64,000 bases of DNA from Fibrobacteria bacterium (lineage in GTDB: Bacteria > Fibrobacterota > Fibrobacteria > UBA11236 > JADFYW01), in NCBI GenBank assembly GCA_050294405.1, contig JBNKOC010000012.1, forward strand, positions 552,091-616,090, given 5' to 3'. Positions 60,049-64,000 of the stretch are shown one piece after another. Position 1 is the stretch's first letter. Each line of letters begins with the position of its first letter. The position numbers and the translations under genes were made by a program. The notes below the pieces were generated by a model, which saw nothing but the letters and a program-made list of their open reading frames with translations, did not search any database and was not told the origin of the DNA.

Positions 60049-61176
60049 ATGATGGATATTAGAGGATATGATTATATAGAGTACTATGTGGGCTCGTCCA
60101 AAATGGTTGCGTATTGGTTTGCAAGAGCTTTGGGCATGCAACTAACTGGGTATTCAGGTCCTGAAACCGGCCACAAAGACAGGGCCTCCTATTATCTTAC
60201 TAAAAATGAAATAAAATTTGTAGTAACATCTCCCTTAACACCAAACAATCAGGAGTTATATGGTTTTTTAAACAAACATGGTGACGGTATTAAGCGTTGG
60301 GCCATAGAGGTGGACAATGTAAAGAAATGTATTAAAACTGCCATTCAAAATGGCGGGATACCCGTGCGAGACTACCGCCGCCTTCAGGATGATTACGGCT
60401 ACGTGGAAGAAGCCGCCATTAAACTATACGATGATTCCGAAATTGTATTCATAAACCGCGATCATTATAATTCCCTTTTTATGCCGGGTTTTTCGAAACC
60501 ATTGCAATCCCTGAATATCGAATGTGCCGAGACAGGAATACAAAAGGTAGACCATATTGTTGGCAATGTGCGTGTTAATGAAATGGATAGATGGGCCGAA
60601 TATTTCAATCAAACCCTGGGTTTTGAAACATTTGTTGATTTTAAACCGGGTGATATTGGTACAAAATATTCCGCGCTTCTTTCTAAAGTGGTTCGCAGTC
60701 GGGGCGATAAAATTAAAAACCCCATAAACGAACCTTATGAAGGGTTAAAAAAATCACAAATTGAAGAATACATCGAACACTACCATGGTTCGGGAGTTCA
60801 GCATGTGGCTATTAGTTGCAACAACATTATGGAATCTATTCCCGCCCTCAGAAAAAATGGGATAGAATTTTTAACAGTCCCTGATGCTTATTACGAAAAA
60901 TTGCGTGAAAAGAATTATCCCTTTATTACAGAAAATATTTCCGATTTGCAAAGACAGGGCATTTTGTGTGATGTGGAAGGGGAGGGATACTTACTACAGC
61001 TGTTCACCAAACCCATTGGGGATAGGCCCACCTTTTTTTTTGAATTTATTCAGAGAAAAAACGGAAGTCAGGGCTTTGGCAAAGGCAATTTTCAAGCTCT
61101 GTTTGAATCTATTGAATACGACCAGGCCCTACGGGGCAATTTGGAAAAAGAACCCTCGGGCCAGGCAATAATCTAA
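60049..61176 (+). CDS. hppD: 4-hydroxyphenylpyruvate dioxygenase
   Basis: C-terminal HPPD signature FFFEFIQRKNGSQGFGKGNFQALFESIEYDQALRGNL and a two-barrel VOC fold of matching length (375 aa). Confidence 0.85.
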   Translation: MMDIRGYDYIEYYVGSSKMVAYWFARALGMQLTGYSGPETGHKDRASYYLTKNEIKFVVTSPLTPNNQELYGFLNKHGDGIKRWAIEVDNVKKCIKTAIQNGGIPVRDYRRLQDDYGYVEEAAIKLYDDSEIVFINRDHYNSLFMPGFSKPLQSLNIECAETGIQKVDHIVGNVRVNEMDRWAEYFNQTLGFETFVDFKPGDIGTKYSALLSKVVRSRGDKIKNPINEPYEGLKKSQIEEYIEHYHGSGVQHVAISCNNIMESIPALRKNGIEFLTVPDAYYEKLREKNYPFITENISDLQRQGILCDVEGEGYLLQLFTKPIGDRPTFFFEFIQRKNGSQGFGKGNFQALFESIEYDQALRGNLEKEPSGQAII

Positions 61177-61178
61177 AC

Positions 61179-62342
61179 ATGTGCTATTACCACAAATGCG
61201 GCCTTTTGCCTGATGTTAAACACACTGCTTTTTACCAAAACGGGAATTCCTCCCTTTATCGAGAAGAGTTGTTTTCCAGCAAAGGATTTTCCGGAGCATA
61301 TACCCTAAAATACCACATTAACATGCCACCCGCTATGACAGGGCTCGTAGAAGAGCCTACCCCGGAATTTAAGCCATGGAAGGAATTTGCCTTGGAGCCC
61401 TATCATTTTTTCACAGAAAAAATGCCCTCTCATGGTGATTTTATAAAAAGCCGTATTCCGTTATTGGAAAATGAACATGTTCGGCTTTCCATAGCGAAAA
61501 TCTCAGAAGAGAGCTCTGCTTTTTATAAAAACAGCAGGTCTTGGGAATACTTGTATATACATAAGGGCGAGGGAGAGCTGCTTTGTGATTTAGGGCGATT
61601 GCCATTAAAACCGGGAGACCATGTTGTTATACCCAAAAATGTTATTTACCAACTTAATTTTGAAAATTATGAACAAATCAGAGTATTTATTGTGGAATCC
61701 TTGGATGCATTGGAATTTCCTTCCCATTACCTGAATAAAAATGGGCAACTTATGGAACAGGCTCCTTTCTGCGAACGGGATATTCAAGTTCCAGATTTTG
61801 TGCCGCCTAAATCAGAGGCAGGGGATTATAAAATTTATATCAAAAGGTCAGGCAAACTTTACTGTCAAACTGTTCCCCACCACCCCTTTGATGTGGTGGG
61901 TTGGGACGGCTATTTATATCCATACAGCCTTAATATCCACAGTTTTAACCCTGTGGTGGGCCGTATACACCTTCCACCTCCCGTCCATGCCATTTTGCAG
62001 ACTCCTCACATGGTGATTTGCAATTTTGTTCCCCGTTTGTTTGATTTTCATCCCGAAGCTATTCCCGCTCCTTATTTTCATTCTAACATCGACAGCGATG
62101 AAGTTTTATATTATGCAGGGGGAAATTTTATGTCCCGAAGTGGCATTGAAGAGGGTTCCCTTACTTTACATCCGGCCGGGCTCATACACGGTCCCCAACC
62201 GGGAAAAACGGAAGAATCTATGGGAAAAACAACAACTGATGAACTGGCTGTCATGGTGGATACATTTGAGCCTCTAAGGCCGACCCTCCATTCCAAAGAT
62301 ATAATGGATGTTAATTACAAACTTTCGTGGGTGGAAAAATAA
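61179..62342 (+). CDS. hmgA: Homogentisate 1,2-dioxygenase (cupin)
   Basis: Position directly after hppD; cupin-type sequence with ...HPAGLIHGPQPG... near the C-terminus. At 387 aa it is short for HmgA, so the assignment rests partly on context. Confidence 0.7.
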   Translation: MCYYHKCGLLPDVKHTAFYQNGNSSLYREELFSSKGFSGAYTLKYHINMPPAMTGLVEEPTPEFKPWKEFALEPYHFFTEKMPSHGDFIKSRIPLLENEHVRLSIAKISEESSAFYKNSRSWEYLYIHKGEGELLCDLGRLPLKPGDHVVIPKNVIYQLNFENYEQIRVFIVESLDALEFPSHYLNKNGQLMEQAPFCERDIQVPDFVPPKSEAGDYKIYIKRSGKLYCQTVPHHPFDVVGWDGYLYPYSLNIHSFNPVVGRIHLPPPVHAILQTPHMVICNFVPRLFDFHPEAIPAPYFHSNIDSDEVLYYAGGNFMSRSGIEEGSLTLHPAGLIHGPQPGKTEESMGKTTTDELAVMVDTFEPLRPTLHSKDIMDVNYKLSWVEK

Positions 62343-63443
62343 ATGTTACATATTCCATCTTTTGTGAAAAATTTACAAACTTATGTTCCTGGAAAACCTC
62401 TGAATGAATTGAGTAATTCAATTCCCTTGGACAAGTACATTCGCTTTGCTTCCAATGAAAATCCAAGAGGGCCATCACCACTAGCGCAAAAAGCCATCCG
62501 CTTAGCAATAAAAGAGCTCAACCGCTACTCAGATCCAGCTTCAAGGGATTTGGTAAGCACCATCTCGGAAATATATAACATTCCCAAAAATCAAATTATT
62601 TGCGGCCATGGAACAGATTCTATTTTAGCCTCTATTGTATCAGCCTTTACCCATGAAAATGATGAAATACTCACCAGTGAAGGTACCTTTATCGGCATCT
62701 ATGTAAATGTCCAGAAATTAGGGCGGAAAATAATTAAAACCCCCCTAAAAAATTATGCTTATGATTTACAAGCTATCCTTAAGGCGGTTAGTAAAAAGAC
62801 AAAAATGGTATACATTTCCAATCCTAATAACCCCACGGGATCCCTTGTAGGGAAAAAAGAATTGGAATCCTTTATGAAAAAACTGCCCAAAAATATTCTG
62901 GTAGTTTTGGATGAGGCTTATACCCAATATGCCGAGCACCTGGAGGAATATCCAAATGGATTACATTGCAAGTATGAAAATATGGTGGTTACCCGCAGCC
63001 TTTCCAAGGCATATGGTTTGGCAGGCCTTAGAATTGGTTTTGCAGTGGGCTCAGGTCAAGTTATAGAAACTTTGTACAAAGTAAAGCTCCCCTTTGACCC
63101 TGGTTTACTGCCGCAAAGAGCTGCGGTGGCTGCCCTTAAAGATACTGACTTTTTAAAGAAGACGGTTCAATTGAACCGGGCCTCTCTTGATATTTTGCTG
63201 ACTTGCCTTAAAACTCTTGGTATAAAACATAAAGGCACGGCGGCCAATTTTGTTATGGCGATTTTTGGAAGTGCGAATGAGGCCCGTGAATTTAATGATA
63301 ATTGCCTGGCGCGGGGTTTGGTTTTAAGACCCTTAACGACTTTTGGAATTCCTGAAGCTATTCGGATTTCCTCTGGGACCCTGGCGGAGTCCAAAAGGGC
63401 TGCTCAAATTATAAAATCCGTTTATGAAAAATTAAAAAATTAA
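62343..63443 (+). CDS. PLP-dependent aminotransferase, HisC-like class II (probable aromatic/tyrosine aminotransferase in this context)
   Basis: PLP-Lys region TRSLSKAYGLAGLRIGFAV. The ATG overlaps the hmgA stop (TAAATG). Confidence 0.75.
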   Translation: MLHIPSFVKNLQTYVPGKPLNELSNSIPLDKYIRFASNENPRGPSPLAQKAIRLAIKELNRYSDPASRDLVSTISEIYNIPKNQIICGHGTDSILASIVSAFTHENDEILTSEGTFIGIYVNVQKLGRKIIKTPLKNYAYDLQAILKAVSKKTKMVYISNPNNPTGSLVGKKELESFMKKLPKNILVVLDEAYTQYAEHLEEYPNGLHCKYENMVVTRSLSKAYGLAGLRIGFAVGSGQVIETLYKVKLPFDPGLLPQRAAVAALKDTDFLKKTVQLNRASLDILLTCLKTLGIKHKGTAANFVMAIFGSANEAREFNDNCLARGLVLRPLTTFGIPEAIRISSGTLAESKRAAQIIKSVYEKLKN

Positions 63444-63453
63444 AGATATATCT

Positions 63454-64000
63454 ATGAAATTGTTCAGTTACATAAAAAATAATTCTAAGCCGCTCTTAGG
63501 CTTGGCAAATGAGAATATGTACTATGATATTTCTTCTCAATATACAGCATCGGGCGAAAAATTGCCTGCTTCTATGCTGGAGTACTTGCAGTCTTCGGAT
63601 GAAACAAAAATGGGCCTTAAAGAATTTGCAAATAACACTAAGACAAAAGGTTTAGAACCTATAGATCCCGGCGGCATTCGGATTGTAGCCCCCCTGCCTA
63701 ACCCAACCAGTTGCCGGGACGCTTACGCCTTCCGTCAACATGTGCAAACAGCCCGCAGAAACAGGGGGCTTGATATGATTGAAGAATTTGATCAGTTTCC
63801 CGTATTTTATTTTACCAATCACAATGCTGTTTGTGGTCCTGGTGATGTGATATTGGAAAAAGATCATTTTGAAAAACTGGATTTTGAGTTGGAACTCGCG
63901 ATTATTATTGGCAAAAAGGGCCGCAACATTCCTGCTGAAAAAGCAGATGAATACATTGCCGGTTTTACTATTATGAATGACTTGTCAGCTCGAGTGCTGC
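63454..64000 (+). CDS. Fumarylacetoacetate hydrolase (FAH) family protein, 3'-partial (runs off the window)
   Basis: Hand-translated open frame from the ATG at 63454 to the window end: ...FELELAIIIGKKGRNIPAEKADEYIAGFTIMNDLSARVL (FAH-fold metal-binding region). Confidence 0.7.
   Translation, partial: MKLFSYIKNNSKPLLGLANENMYYDISSQYTASGEKLPASMLEYLQSSDETKMGLKEFANNTKTKGLEPIDPGGIRIVAPLPNPTSCRDAYAFRQHVQTARRNRGLDMIEEFDQFPVFYFTNHNAVCGPGDVILEKDHFEKLDFELELAIIIGKKGRNIPAEKADEYIAGFTIMNDLSARVL

Overview
The window is a 64-kb chromosomal segment from a low-to-moderate GC bacterium. Five to six secreted proteins end in T9SS-type C-terminal sorting-like domains, so by inference the organism belongs to the FCB (Bacteroidota-related) superphylum. 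There is no rRNA, no CRISPR array, no obvious mobile element and no recognisable tRNA.

Housekeeping genes are dense and confidently assigned: dnaG (5'-partial) and rpoD, an L,D-transpeptidase, a relA/spoT-family (p)ppGpp enzyme, a standalone EF-G, murB, a GT2 glycosyltransferase, pepA (M17), a GAF/sigma-54 activator followed by an orphan P-II gene, tyrS, a dsbB-like/dsbA-like pair, and the rpsP-rimM-trmD-rplS operon. A tyrosine-catabolism cluster (AraC regulator, hppD, hmgA, a HisC-like aminotransferase and a 3'-partial FAH hydrolase) runs off the end of the window.

Two accessory regions stand out.

(1) At 24.0-28.7 kb there is a divergently organised peptide-maturation (RiPP-like) cluster. 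It holds two radical-SAM/SPASM enzymes flanking a PqqD-like RRE chaperone, a SAM methyltransferase, an HprK-related P-loop kinase and an S24/S26-like peptidase. No precursor gene lies next to it.

(2) At 28.9-47.1 kb there is a T9SS-associated surface-protein locus. It contains a PQQ-like beta-propeller CTD protein, a PorP/SprF-like outer-membrane barrel, a 785-aa CTD protein, two giant paralogues of about 1900 aa, an FG-GAP lipoprotein between the paralogues, and an unannotated 50-aa Cys-containing small ORF ending in Ser (39734..39889) that looks like a RiPP precursor.

Other notable items are tandem cNMP-binding paralogues with an unknown C-terminal domain, a 729-aa coiled-coil protein, and several hairpins or palindromes with terminator or operator character.
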